Positions 1 to 12,479 of a DNA stretch of 64,000 nt are shown here, one piece after another. Both the position numbers and the translations under genes were made by a program. Source of the DNA: Bispira polyomma (lineage: Eukaryota); NCBI GenBank assembly GCA_965649765.1, contig OZ287754.1:35650001-35714000 (forward strand), written 5' to 3'. Every line of letters starts with the position of its first letter. Within the stretch, counting starts at the first letter, position 1. The notes below the pieces were generated by a model. That model was not told the DNA's origin. It saw only the letters and a program-made list of their open reading frames with translations, and searched no databases.

Positions 1-1727
1 TTAGGGTCAAACCATTGCCTATAGTTCAGCAAAATCCAAGTATAATAAAGACAGATAATTGAAAACTGAACAGAAAATTACAGAATTGAAAAACAAACTT
101 ATAGAGGCTTGTCACACAAATAAAGAGGATACAGTAATTGAGTTATAAGGTGAATTAGAGGTAGGTAAGTCAGATAGAAAAAGAGTTAAGAGCAATTTGG
201 GAGCCCAAATTAAAGGCATCAATTTTAAGATCCAAAACTCAATACTATGAAGAAGGGGAAAAAGCAACAAACTTTTTTTGTAATCTGGAGAAAAGAAACT
301 ATATTAGTAAAGTCATAAATAAATTAAACTTTGATGGAAAAATCATTGTGAAATGTTCTGAAATACTCCCAGAACTACGGAAGAGTATAAGGGCCACATT
401 AATTTTTTTTTGATTTGTCGACTTAGTATCTTGAAAAATCGACTTCCTATCTCGATTTATCGAGATACTTAGTCGGCAAATCAAAAAAAATAATTTAAAT
501 GTGGCCCTTCTACTCTTCCGTACAGAACAGAAGCATTATTATAAAAAAATCTACAGTCCCAAAATCTCCAGTAGTGAGACAAAGTAGTGCTAAATTCCTA
601 AAATATAATAATCTAGTAAAATTAGATGAATTGGAAAAAAAAAAATTGTGGCAAAGTCAAATCATTAACAATTAGGTCAGAGAAGTAATAAAAAATATAA
701 GGAATAATAAAACTCCCAGGTCTGATGGTTTCCCTGTGGAGTTTACAAAAAAAAGTGAACTGTTCGTCATGCAAAAACAAGGTATCATCATGTGTCTACC
801 TAAGGAAACAAACAAAAACAAAATATTTGAAAAACAAAAGGCCAGTTTTACTCTTAAATATAGATTACAAAATCCTGTCAGGTGTTTTAGCTCAAAGACT
901 AAAGAGAGTTCTAAGGTAATAGCAGATTCATAGAAAGGATTCTTGAAAGGTAGATATATTGGTGAAAATGTAAAATTGGTCTACGATATCATGTCTGAAC
1001 TCAATTTGTTACATAGAAAAGGTTTTATTTTGTTACTGGATTTTCGACTCTTTAGAGTGGAAATATATAAATGAGGTTCTTAGAGTATACAATTTTGTAG
1101 AAAATTTCATGATGTGGTTCATTACTTTTTACTTCAATTTATGCAGCTGTGTCATCGACAATGCCCACTTCTCAAAAAAATTTAAACAAGCAAGAGGTTG
1201 TAGACAGAGTGACCCTCTTTGTCTCTACATTTTTATATTGGCCATTGAAGCCCCAGCCATGGAGATTAAATTAAATAAGGAGGTAAAAGATATAATATTG
1301 GGAGACAAAAGTTTTAAGCTGTGGCAAAATGCAGATGATAGTTTTCTGTTGCAAGATGGGTTAGAAAGCTCCATGAGAAAAAGTCTAAATTTTTTTAGTA
1401 AATTCTACTTGTGCTCTGGCCTGAAATTAAATTATAACAAAACTGTAGTAGTGTGTTTAGGTACTAATAAATTTTCAACACAGACATTGTGCAGTGATTT
1501 AGAACCTAAATTGGCAAGCTTTACACTACTTGGCATTGATTTCAGTAGTGACATCAACTTCATGATAAATAAAAAATTACAACTCAAAAATTCTGGTAAT
1601 AGAAAATACTTTGAATGGCTATAAAAAGCGTAAATTATCGATAATCTGGAATGATAGAAAACCAAGAATAGTACTCCCCTAACTTGAGAAAGATATTCTA
1701 GATGGTGGTCTAAAGTTAACAAATCTC
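1..1727 (+). pseudogene. Degraded L1/Tx1-clade LINE ORF2 (reverse transcriptase) fragment
   Basis: Motifs across frameshifts: EEGEKATNFF, NNKTP.SDGFPVEF, RPVLLLNIDYKIL, GFLKGRYIGEN, RGCRQSDPL, QNADD, SGLKLN, ending LDGGLKLTNL at ~1727. Confidence 0.85.
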
Positions 1728-3861
1728 GGCTCGAATTTTGATGATCTCTAGTACTATCAGTCCATCTGGACAGTAAATCTGCAACTTTGTTTTTTGCCCC
1801 CAGATTATAAATAACTTTAATGTCTATATCAAATTTGCTGGCAAGCATATAAATGTTTTTGGTATACATAGCTAAGGTGGGTCCCTTGTGCGTCCATTTT
1901 GCAAACACTAACCACGGCATGGTTATCATATTTAACCAAAACATGTCTATTCTGCCACACACTAGCCCAAAGTTTAATAGCCACAAGTATGTTGAAAATT
2001 TCTAGGTATGCTATATTAAATTCAGTCATATGTGCAGGAATTTTAAGCTGGTATACTTGATTTTGATACACACCCCCCATGTCGGTTAGGCACGTGTCCA
2101 ACTCCAACTGAGCTGTGACGAGCATGTGTGAGAAAAATGACACCCCATTGAATTGTTCCAGAAACATAGCAAACCAATTGAGATCCCTTCTAAATTCATG
2201 ATCTAAGTTTATGTGTTTACTGGTGTGATTATCTCTTAATGTTTGCAACATGAGATTCAAAAACACCCTGGCATATCTTATGCATTTGGCGACATAAAGT
2301 AAAAGACCCAGCAAAGATTGTAATTCACGTTTTGTGAATACCTTTTTGGTTTGCCATATTTTACATATGTTTTGTGATCTCTTGCAATTTATCCGGGGGA
2401 ATCGAGGTGGTAAATTTTTTCGTATTAATTATAATACCAAGGCACACCAGAGAGGTACTAGACTGTACTAGTTTTTTCTTGCTTACAGTCATACCTAGTT
2501 CTGCCAATAATTCCTGTAATCTGACATACGTTTTGAAATTTGTTAAAAAATTGTGCTGCCGTTTTGGTATCCGAACAGCAGTAATTTATCAATATAGTAT
2601 TCGCTCCATTTAAATCACAACAGATCAATATCACCAAGGTTTACAGGGACATACCTGAATACCCTGCTGACGTCCACTTTAAATATATGACATTCTTTAC
2701 CCAGTTTTACTACTTCCTGCGTCAAACTATCAACTGATGGATAAGACAATATAAATTCCGTGCCTAGATAGGAAGTTGGTGAAACTCCAGCATTTACCGA
2801 ATAGCCTTGTGGCCAACTAAGATCCACAATTACCCTTCTATTTTCCGAATTGGCTTTGTTGCGTGTCATTAAGGGGGAGCAATGTAAGTTACTAGTGGGA
2901 GGTTCCTTAAAGGAACCCAACATGGCCACCAACGTACATTCTTTTTTCATATAGAAATTGACGTGAGATGGAAATTCAGTAGCTGACTTGTGGTTGTTAC
3001 CCTCATAGCGAGTTATAATTTCTCCACAGAAGTCTAACAGAAATCCATATTTAATTAGCAGTGACAACTGGTGATCACAGTAGTTTTCCAAATACTTGTC
3101 CCACGCTTTGGTGTTTAATTGAGATTTAACTTGTAACTTGAGGCCATTAAAATTAAATCTACCATCTGCCCTAACACGTCTATGCATTTCTAATATGTCT
3201 AACTCCTCAACTATTTGTTCAACTTCATTGTTAACTTTAATAAAATCAGAGAGAGGTGTGAACCCATAAGCCACATCAGTTTGTGCCTGCCAACTTTAAT
3301 AGGTATTGTTATCCTTGGCCAAGTCCAACGATAGCCCTTTATTTATCCTCTGTTTCAGTTCCCAAGTATATTTATCAGAAGACCTAATGCATTCACTGCC
3401 ATTGTCCTCCCCATAATTGTCTTTCCAGTACATGGGCCCTTAGGCCAAGAGGTGGCAGTATTCTCACCATGCCTCTGTCCCTTTGTCTTGGCTTTATGCC
3501 TTTTGTGACCATTGTTTCCACCTGTGTGCACAATGTCACTTGGTGTGTCAACTTTTTCCGGCCCAGTGCCTCTGGAGCTCCCGCCTTCCTCACTAAGCCT
3601 GACAGCTGAATTGTTTGTGTTTGGCATTTGCCTGTCATTTTCTGTATTGGAAATCTCAGGTTGAATGTTCCCCCCTTCACCCATTGTTACCTCCCCGCCT
3701 ACCCCAATGCTGAGAACCTATTGTGAAGTGGGAGGGACCCCTTTGTTTGGATTTGTTCACACCACTTTCTGTGTTTTTGTTCTGTCCCTTTTGTATCCCT
3801 TTCACTCTTGTTCTTAACCAGACTTTTTTTAGCCACAACTAATTTGGGGTTATTACTGGCC
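1728..3861 (-). mobile_element. Ngaro-type YR retrotransposon 0, pol part (RT/RNase H), decayed and 3'-truncated
   Basis: ORFs 2615-3274 (HCSPLMTR..RRVIVDLSWP, KVDVSRVFR), 1829-2314 (RDLNWF, ELDTCL, YDNHAVV) and NKVADLLSR in 1432-1986; no YR follows. Confidence 0.85.
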
Positions 3862-4342
3862 CAGTGCCCTACCCTAGAAGCTATATGACACGGGCAAGTA
3901 AAAAGGCAGAGTTGGGGATATTAGATTAATGCATCTATGTTATATCTAACATTTATTTACATACTATGTTAAGAGGGCCACCCTACCACCAAGAGATTAA
4001 AATGAGAAAAGTTTAGGGTGACCTTAGCCTTAGGATTTTCAGATTAAGGTTGGGAAATTTTTTAGTTTAAGGTAGCCCTAGCTTGAAATAAGGGTTACCT
4101 CAAAGTGAGTTTAAGAAAGTGAGTTTAAGGTTACCTTAGCCTAAAACTTATGGTTAGGTAAGGTAGATTGAAAATTTGAATTAGGAGGTAACCTTAGTTT
4201 CAGTTAAGGTTGCCAAAGTATATTTATTACATGTAATGAATTGATTTAAGATGAAATAAGGTGGTAAGGTGGCCCAAAAGATTTATGTTTAACATTTAAG
4301 TATATATTAATATTGTAAAAGGTATGTAAATAGAGCCCCAAA
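3862..4342 (-). repeat. Element 1 terminal repeat B2
   Basis: Near-identical to 5473-5960 (cagtgccctaccctagaagct...gagccccaaa). Confidence 0.95.
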
Positions 4343-5261
4343 AAAGGGTAAAATGAAATTTAAGACTATGGTGACTAGCTAAAACACTAAAAAGCTGCTC
4401 GAATAAAGTCCATGAGTAGCGAAAATTAAAACCTTACACCCTTAGCACATACAATAACCATAGCCATGGGAAACATGCATACAGACAAATAGTAGGAAAT
4501 CGAGTTGATCTTTTCTTTTCAGGAGAGAGTCCATGCTGTGCCAGAGGTCTCTTCCTGGACACCATAGCTGAGCCATGCATGCCATACGCCTGAAACTACA
4601 TACTTAGCGTTTAATATGTGTCTACATAGTCACATCACATGAACCTACATGACCAAACACTGTATATACTCAATACACTACACTAGTAACAACTTAGAAG
4701 TTGTGCATTTACACTGCAATCATTAACATTAACTTAACCATAATTAATACAACATTATACTGATAAGTGCACGCACAGCAACCACCAGGTCGGGCGCAAG
4801 ATCCGCACCTGGATACTATACATATTAATGACATTGTAACACTGGTTAAATAATACCTCATGCCCTGCATGAAGGGAAAACAACATTATAAGAAAACACT
4901 GAAAGATATACGTGAAGGGCAATGCCCTGAAAACAAAAATGTAAAACACAGTTGATGACAACAAAAGGGGATCCACCTCAACAGCAAGCAGCTACCTAAA
5001 AGAAACCGTGGCCCAATAGGGGCCCTGGAGTTACCCAGTAAAGATGGGAGACAGGTCACCTGGAGTCCCAGAAGGCACCCAAGGGGTCGAGACTGTGAAG
5101 GCCAGCAGTAATGCATAACTCAGGGCCCACAGCCCCGGTCCCCCACCCCCCTGCACCAAGGTGTAAAGGGGGACTTAAGGAAGCCCAGGGACAGCAGCAA
5201 CGCTCCAACGGACGTGCGAATAGCTGAAAACTGCAGAGGCAGTAGTAGGGGAGTGGGTGGG

Positions 5262-5960
5262 AAATAAAAGTAAAAATTAAAAGATGGCGTTGTTGCCTAT
5301 TTGACTTCAATGTAAAAAGTGATGGTTCTGTAGAAAGAGCAGGAAAAGCCGGGGTCAATTAGTACACACTGACGAATAAGAAGAGGGGTTCATAGGTCAT
5401 GAACCCAGAGGGTAAGTTAAGGAAAATACCGGTTAGCACTGAACTAACTAGCCCCTGCGGGTCTACCTCGCACAGTGCCCTACCCTAGAAGCTAATATGG
5501 TATAAGACACGGGTAAGTAAAAAGGCAGAGTTGGGGATATTAGTTTAATGCATCTATGTTATATCTAACATTTATTTACATACTATGTTAAGAGGGCCAC
5601 CCTACCACCAAGAGATTAAAATAAGAAAAGTTTAGGGTGACCTTAGCCTTAGGATTTTCAGATTAAGGTTGGGAAAATTTTTAGCTTAAGGTAACCCTAG
5701 CTTAAAGTAAGGGTTACCTCAAAGTGAGTTTAAGAAAGTGAGTTTAAGGTTACCTTAGCCTAAAACTTATGGTTAGGTAAGGTAGATTGAAAATTTGAAT
5801 TAGGAGGTAACCTTAGTTTCAGTTAAGGTTGCCAAAGTATATTTATTACATGTAATGAATTGATTTAAGATGAAATAAGGTGGTAAGGTGGCCCAAAAGA
5901 TTTATGTTTAACATTTAAGTATATATTAATATTGTAAAGGTATGTAAATAGAGCCCCAAA
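5262..5960 (-). repeat. Element 1 internal B1-A2 junction (A2 5262-5476, B1 5473-5960)
   Basis: Direct copies of 10785-10999 and 3862-4342 abut here, overlapping at CAGT (5473-5476). Confidence 0.95.
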
Positions 5961-5966
5961 GCCCAA

Positions 5967-6969
5967 TTAGGAGGTAGTGGGATTGGAGAGTAGAGCTTTG
6001 AAAGGCAGGGCCACCTGCTCAGAGGCATTGTGGTCCTAAACGATATACTTCCACACACAATTCGAGGTCCAAGTGCCATGACTCTGAATATCTTGGATTG
6101 GTACATTACTGTTAAAGGCTAAAGTGGCACCTGAACGACGGAAGGTGTGGAAGGATATAGCCGATTGCTGTAAACCCAGTCGGGTAAGTATGAGAGAGAG
6201 GTTTTTTTCTAATCTGGGAATCTATCATAGGAGACCATTTTTGGGCTTTTTTGAATTGAAAAAGGGGGGAGTTTTTATGTCCTGGGGTAATTGCTAATAA
6301 GATTCTTGTGGCTGCCACTGGGCAGAGGGATGAACCATTCAATGTGGGAATTTTTAGGACTTTTACGACATTTTTAGCCTGCAACGTTTTAGACCATTTT
6401 ATTATGATATGCAGGCCGGGGGGGGGGGGGGGGGGCAAATAACACGTCCCCCCAAGCTAGTTGTACTAGAGGAGAGAATTGGCCAACCGCATGAGGAACC
6501 AAATTAGATATTCTTAAAAAGGAGAAAAATGCAATTAGGTACACTGCTTTGAAAACTAACCCCATGTATATGCTATCACAGGTGTGCACAATTTGTTGCA
6601 GAAGTGGGATGTCTATAATGGCTTTAATTTTAGCCCTAAAGGAATTGTTTAACACCAAGGCTTTTTGGTAATATTTGATTCTGGGATCTGCAAAAGCCCC
6701 CACATCAAGGCCGTATAGGGCCATTTTGGCTTTAATCGCCGACAAGTAATTGGCTATAGATGGAGAGGAAACATTATTGACCACCAGTAGTTCTAAGAAA
6801 GCCAGAATGATTAATGGAGAAATAAGCTGAGGCCTGACCTGAGTAAAACTGCAGAAGGCTAAGAAAATCCTAAACATATTTGTGTAAGCCCGCTCAGTGG
6901 CTGGTCTAAAAGCTTGGTGGGTTCTGTGTGAGGCTTGAGTAGCTATACGTCTTAACTTTGAGGGTACAT
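5967..6969 (-). pseudogene. Tyrosine recombinase of element 1 (frameshifted)
   Basis: FFSFLRISNLVP, IIIKWSKT, CPV, HTFRRSGA and HGTW.S.CVW.YI spread over ORFs 6389-6877, 6112-6438 and downstream frames. Confidence 0.9.
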
Positions 6970-6977
6970 CTGTAAAA

Positions 6978-9513
6978 TTAAATAGACCAATCTATTTCTA
7001 GCATGCTAGGTCGAACCTTGAGCCATTGGGGGTTAGGAATCAATTCTTCTAACTTTTGGTCACTGCCTGTGGTGATTGCCATCTAGATAGCAGATCAGCC
7101 ACAGTATTTAATCTACCCAATATATGAATTGTCTTAAGGCTGATGTCAGCAGAAGCCACCTCCATAAATATGTTTCTGGCAATAGCTGCTAATGTAAGGT
7201 CTCTTGTTTTGCCTGAGTTCAAGATTATAACTACAGCAGCATTGTCGCATTGAAGTATAAGTCTTTTGCCTGCCCAGGTGGATTTCCAGAGCCTAATAGC
7301 CACCAGGATATTAAGCATTTCAAGGTGGACTATGGTCATATTTTGGTAGCCTAGAAGAATCGAAAATTCATATACTTCGTCTTTACAACGCCCCCCCCAA
7401 CCCTTGAAGGCAAGCGTCTAACTGAATACAATCAGTGGTAGGCTCATGCTCGAAGAAGGCTTTGCCATTAAATTTTGGTAGAAATTTTGTGAACCAGTTT
7501 ATGTCCTGGAAAAATTCTGGTGTGAGCTGAATCTTCTGACTGGCTCCTACTGATCTTAGGACGTCTAACATACGGTTCAAAAACAACCTTGAGACTCTTA
7601 CACATTTTGAAATATAGAGAAGTTTGCCCAAGAGGGACTGTAATTCTCGCTTAGTGCATACTTTTTTGTTTTGCCAGTCTTGAATTAGGGCATTGATATC
7701 CTTCTCATCCGGAAGGGAGACTGTTAGATCTACCGTATTGACTAATACACCCAGACATATGACTGCAGTGCTGGGATGCACCAGCTTTTTGTGACTGAGA
7801 GCAAAACCTAGTTCTTGTAATAGGTTATACAGTAGGTCAAATGAACGCTTGCTTTCAGTGACGTCACCAAAACTGATTACGTCGTCGATGTAGTTGGTGG
7901 CGTCACAGCCATGATTTTTCATAATATACCTGACTGCGTCACTTAGGCGTTGGAAAATGGCGCTCCCAAGCCCAAATCCGAAGGGTAGACATGAGTCTAC
8001 ATAGTATTTTTCTAATTTTAGTCCTAACAAGTTGTAGTCAGCCGGGTCCATCTTCACGTGACGGAACGCCCGACTGACGTCAATTTTACAGAGTAACATT
8101 CCTCTGCCTAAACGGGCAATTTTGCTAGTAATAGTATCAATAGTAGGAAGGGTGAGGGCAAAAGCAGTATCCAAATAGTTGTCCTTGGCTATGTGGAAAG
8201 CTTAAGTCTATTATGACTCTCCGATGAGCCCCACCCGGTTTCTCTCTAGTCATAAAGGGTGAAATGTGGAGGTCTTTAATTGGAACACTTTCAAAAGGTC
8301 CCAGCATGGCACCAAATTTTGTTTCTTCGTTTAGGTACGTCTTGACGTCATCCGGATACTGGGTCGCGAATTGGTGATTTTTCTCTATGTGCGAGAGCTT
8401 ACTGCCTTTTTGAAAGTCAAGGGGGAAACCGTAGCGAATTAAGAAAGGGAGCTGTTTGTCCCAATAATGGACTAGGTATTTTTCCCAAACATCCGGATTT
8501 AATTCAGATTTTATTTCTATCTGAGGGCCCATAAAATTGGGACAATTTTGGTCTTTAATAACGCTATGTAGCTCAAGCAAGGTGTTGTTTGATTTAACTC
8601 GTTTATCTGTTATGGGAAGTCGAAGCTTACCAAGTGGTATAAAACCATATTTATCCGAGTTTTAGTCATTCCACTGCTGGAACTGAGGTTCATCCTTTGC
8701 TTGTTTAATTAGATCCCGTGTTTTAGGTTTTACTTGCAATTCCAAGTCATACTTATCTAATTTGGGTACATTGCAATTTTTCCCCACTTTAGTATTTGCT
8801 TGGAATTGTACACCTTGTGTACTACCACCATTGTCAGTACTGGGAGTATGTAGGTCGGTAATATCACTGGCCAGGCTACCCTTAGAGGAACCATTGTCCT
8901 GCAGGAGTGCAAATTTGTTACTTGTGGGTGTGACCCATTGTTGTGTGCTGGTTGAGGGGCATTTTTGGACTTTGTGGACAGGTTGACACTTATTAGTGAT
9001 TACTTGCCCTCCTTCAGGGCTGTTCAGGCCACTAAATTTATCCTTGACACAAACCTTTGTTGGTTCCTGGCGAGTGATATTAATTAGGTTGTGAGCGCCT
9101 ACATGGCTTTGTGATTTCAGGGTTTTGGGCCTGTGTCTTTGTACACGAGTAATGGTTTTTTGGGGGAAAATTCCCCCAGGGCCATTGTTTGGTCCGCCTG
9201 AAATTTTGTTAGTGGTTACATCTTTCAACACATGCAACATATATTCATGTTTATACAGTGGTTTCACACATTTACTATTGATATCATTATTTACAAGTTT
9301 GCCTGTTTTAACAATATCAGCATAGGACTTGTTTTGATTCCTAGCCCAATCTGTTTTCCAGCAAGTGCTGCCATACTGATCCTTACTACTATATACAGTT
9401 CTAGTATGAAACTTAGACACAGTACTAGAATAACCCTTGTTAACCCAGTCTGTTGCAGCTTCAGAAGATGAGTGAGTTGGCACTGCAATACTGCAGTGCC
9501 TTACTCGTTTTTT
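6978..9513 (-). pseudogene. Pol (RT + RNase H) of element 1, with stops and frameshifts
   Basis: KIDVSRAFRHV, LPFG, NYIDD, LDACLQGLG, HLEMLN, CDNAAVV, VADLLSR, ending IDWSI*; no methyltransferase domain seen. Confidence 0.9.
9479..9513 (-). promoter_or_regulatory. Predicted -1 ribosomal frameshift signal (gag to pol), element 1
   Basis: A AAA AAC in the gag frame, 6-nt spacer GAGTAA, perfect 9-bp stem GGCACTGCA-GTAT-TGCAGTGCC; pol lies in the -1 frame. Confidence 0.8.
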
Positions 9514-10475
9514 GTTGAGCTTTTGCAACAATCTTTACTGGGATGAGAGTATGAGCAACCAATTTTATGACATTCACTACAGACATGACTGTATGTTACT
9601 CCTCTAGTCTCATGCTCACCTTTGTGAGGGCAAGTACCCTTTTGGTAGTATCTACAAGGAATTGGCTTCTCATGACTTTTCTTGGGGTTGCTATTACTGG
9701 TTTGAGTTTGACTTATTATTTTTTGAGCATGAGCCCTTCTTATTCGATCCAACTTATGGGAATCTCCCCACGACACTTTCCCTTCCTCCATCTTGCACAA
9801 AAGCACAGCATGGCTGCCCTTAGCAGAGGCCTAAGAAAAGTCATGAGAGTCTTCCATGAGATCAGCTAAGTACTCTAACATATTATTTTTAGTATCAATG
9901 TCAGACTCTTCCGTAGCAATGCTGGCAAAACCAGCCACCCATTGAGACATAGAAAGGGAGTCATAAGAGACTCTAGATTTATTCTGTCCCCCTAGTATGT
10001 AACTTTGCGGCCAGGATACTTTGTTCTTAACCCAAACTGTCTCCGTGCCTCCACGTTGTGACTTGCACGTACCTGATTCATTAACCTGGACTAGCTCCTT
10101 TAAGCGTGAGTCGACAGCAGTCTGCAGGGATTGGGATGTTCTCAAGGTCTGCAAGGTCGGGACCAATAACTCCTCTAGCTGGGCTGCCTGGGACTTCTGG
10201 ACAGGACTATCCAGACTCGGAGTTGCCCCCGAGAACTGGGCTCTATGTTCCCTGTGATCAACCTTTTCTTCAACCTTCGAAATTCGACTACTTAAAGCTT
10301 TCAGTTCGGTGAGTATTTGCAAGTTAATTTCGGTTGAGGTCACACCATCACTAGGAACAGAGTTCTGCGTTTCTACCTCTTCTTCCACCGAAGTATTACC
10401 GGTACAGTTATCGTTTATAGGTTTAGCGTGGGCAACGCCACATTTAGAACAGTCATACTGTTTTCTTGGCGCCAT
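9501..10475 (-). pseudogene. Gag-like ORF1 of element 1 (one in-frame stop)
   Basis: MAPRKQYDCSKCGVAHAKPINDNC N-terminal finger; C-terminal CRYYQKGTCPHKGEH..HVCSEC..HPSKDC; ORFs 9831-10571 and 9501-9806 share a frame. Confidence 0.85.
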
Positions 10476-10784
10476 GGCCTCTAAGTAAATACAAAGAACT
10501 CGTACCTTAGATACCTGCAGATATATGTATAGGGAGGATATAGTGAACTCCAAGAGTAAAATAAGAAGCAATTAAGCCAATTTTGAATTGATACGTCCCT
10601 ATACTAGCGCTCGGTCGAGCATATATTCGCAAGACTCTAAAGTGTGAGTCGACACATAAAACAGCAGCAAGTCCGTGATTCCTTCCTTAGTATGCAGTAT
10701 CTCACAGTAAATCCTTTGGTAACATTCCAGAGTTCATGTACATATAAAAGTCACATTAAAGTGTAAGTATAAAACGTAAAAATA

Positions 10785-10999
10785 AAATAAAAGTAAAAAT
10801 TTAAAGATGGCGTTGTTGCCTATTTGACTTCAATGTAAAAAGTGATGGTTCTGTAGAAAGAGCGGGAAAAGCCGGGGTCAATTAGTACACACTGACGAAT
10901 AAGAAGAGGGGTTCATAGGTCATGAACCCAGAAGGTAAGTTAAGGAAAATACCGGTTAGCACTGAACTAACTAGCCCCTGCGGGTCTACCCTGCACAGT
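10785..10999 (-). repeat. Element 1 terminal repeat A1
   Basis: Near-identical to 5262-5476. Confidence 0.95.
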
Positions 11000-12440
11000 A
11001 GACTAAAGTTGGTATTAATACTACTGTTTGAACTACTTCACTATGTGTAACAGAAGCATTTCTGCCCCTATAATACCTACACATCTTTTGTACAAAAGAT
11101 TTTGAAAACAGTTCCATATCACAAAATTATGTGTTATATACAAATCTAGTACATACATTATCATTTACATTTTTGTCCACTGCATTTATGCAATGGCCCC
11201 TCAGTTTTATACTACTTTTTTGGGACACGAGCTACTTTTATGATTACCCTCGAAGGTTTCACACGCATGTTTGTAAAACTGTGCACCTGTTTTGTGGCTA
11301 GTGGAATGTTTGCACGTCCCCTCCTGAAAGTAGCAACATGTAACAGATCCCTGTTTGAAATTTTTCTTTTGATTATTTTGCAAACTACGCCCCCCATGCT
11401 GTTAACAATTTGACTAGGGTTAATGTGCCTCTGGGCATGTGCTCTGTGTATTCTGTCTACCTTTTCAATTTCTGACCATTTTAACTTATCCATTTCCATA
11501 TTCGTGAGCACAACTGCATGGCGAGCCTTGGCAGCCTCCCAAGAAAAATCCTGGCCGTTCTCCATTAGGTTTGCCATGTGGTCGAGCATGGCTGTTTTAT
11601 TTTCCTGCGATTTCTCGTCCTGGATTATCCGGGTAAACCCACAGACCCATTTTACAACAGTTAGCTCGTCATAGCTGGGACGTGCCTTGGCACTGCCTGA
11701 TAGAACATCATTCTGTGGCCACTCCACAGTCTGTTTAACCAAGACTTCCGACCCACCCTCCCCTTTGGGATTTTGTCTTACTTTTTGAGGGATTGTCATT
11801 AATTTGCCTTAACTCTTTCAGCCTTTGCTCGTCCTGTGTCTTAATTTGGACATTTTGTTTAAGAAATTCAATATTTGGGACGATGCTGGTCTCAGGTATC
11901 TTGGCACTCTTTCGACTATCGCCCAAGTTTACAGAACTAGAATCAGAAACTATATTTATACAAGCCTGTTTGTTTGAATTTCCTGCCATCGCTGCATCGG
12001 TGAACTGAACCCGCTGGTTTACCTTCTGCATGGCTTAGTTTATAGACTGTAATTGTTTCAGTTTTGCTTCTAAAACTGATGTCTCCCCACCAGTCGAATC
12101 CGAATCCAGCGGGTCCACCCTAAACGAGTCAGCACTGGTGTTACCCAAAGATACATCCAAAGCAGTACAATTTCTCCCAACTGGCCGTTGGTGTTTATCA
12201 AGACATTTGGAGCAATAAACGGTACTAACACGTAGCATCACTACAGAGTATGTTCAAAAGCTACTAAAGTGATAAAAATCAGAGAATAAAAGCACATAAA
12301 TCCAAAAGTGCTACCACGTTTATATTTTAAACAATGCTCCCTGTTCGGTAAACTTCGGAAAAAGGGGGGAGAATTTGAAAGGGAAGAGGCTTTTATACTG
12401 CCGCAATAAAGCCTAGTTAATTAGTTACCGTTAGTAAGAC
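11000..12440 (-). mobile_element. Ngaro-type element 0, gag part (split from its pol by insertion of element 1)
   Basis: CSKCLDKHQRPVGRNC finger (12035-12241), KSQRGG, WPQ..LSG..RPSYDEL, FSWEAAKARHAVVL (11212-11799); same strand as 1728-3861. 5' end approximate. Confidence 0.8.
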
Positions 12441-12479
12441 TTTCAAAAATCACTGTAAATTGCATCTCATTTGATTCAG

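Larger units (their letters stand above)
3862..10999 (-). mobile_element. Full-length Ngaro-type YR retrotransposon 1 with split direct repeats
   Basis: A1 10785-10999 matches A2 5262-5476 (215 bp); B1 5473-5960 matches B2 3862-4342; gag, RT/RNase H and YR ORFs between; CAGT at both ends and at the internal B1/A2 junction. Confidence 0.95.

Noticed and set aside
1432-1986. 184-aa ORF as a gene
   Set aside because: Ngaro RNase H end fused to antisense L1 sequence.
3862-10999. LTR (Gypsy/Copia) or DIRS1-type classification
   Set aside because: No DDE integrase, protease, inverted terminal repeats or methyltransferase; split direct repeats plus YR indicate an Ngaro-type element.
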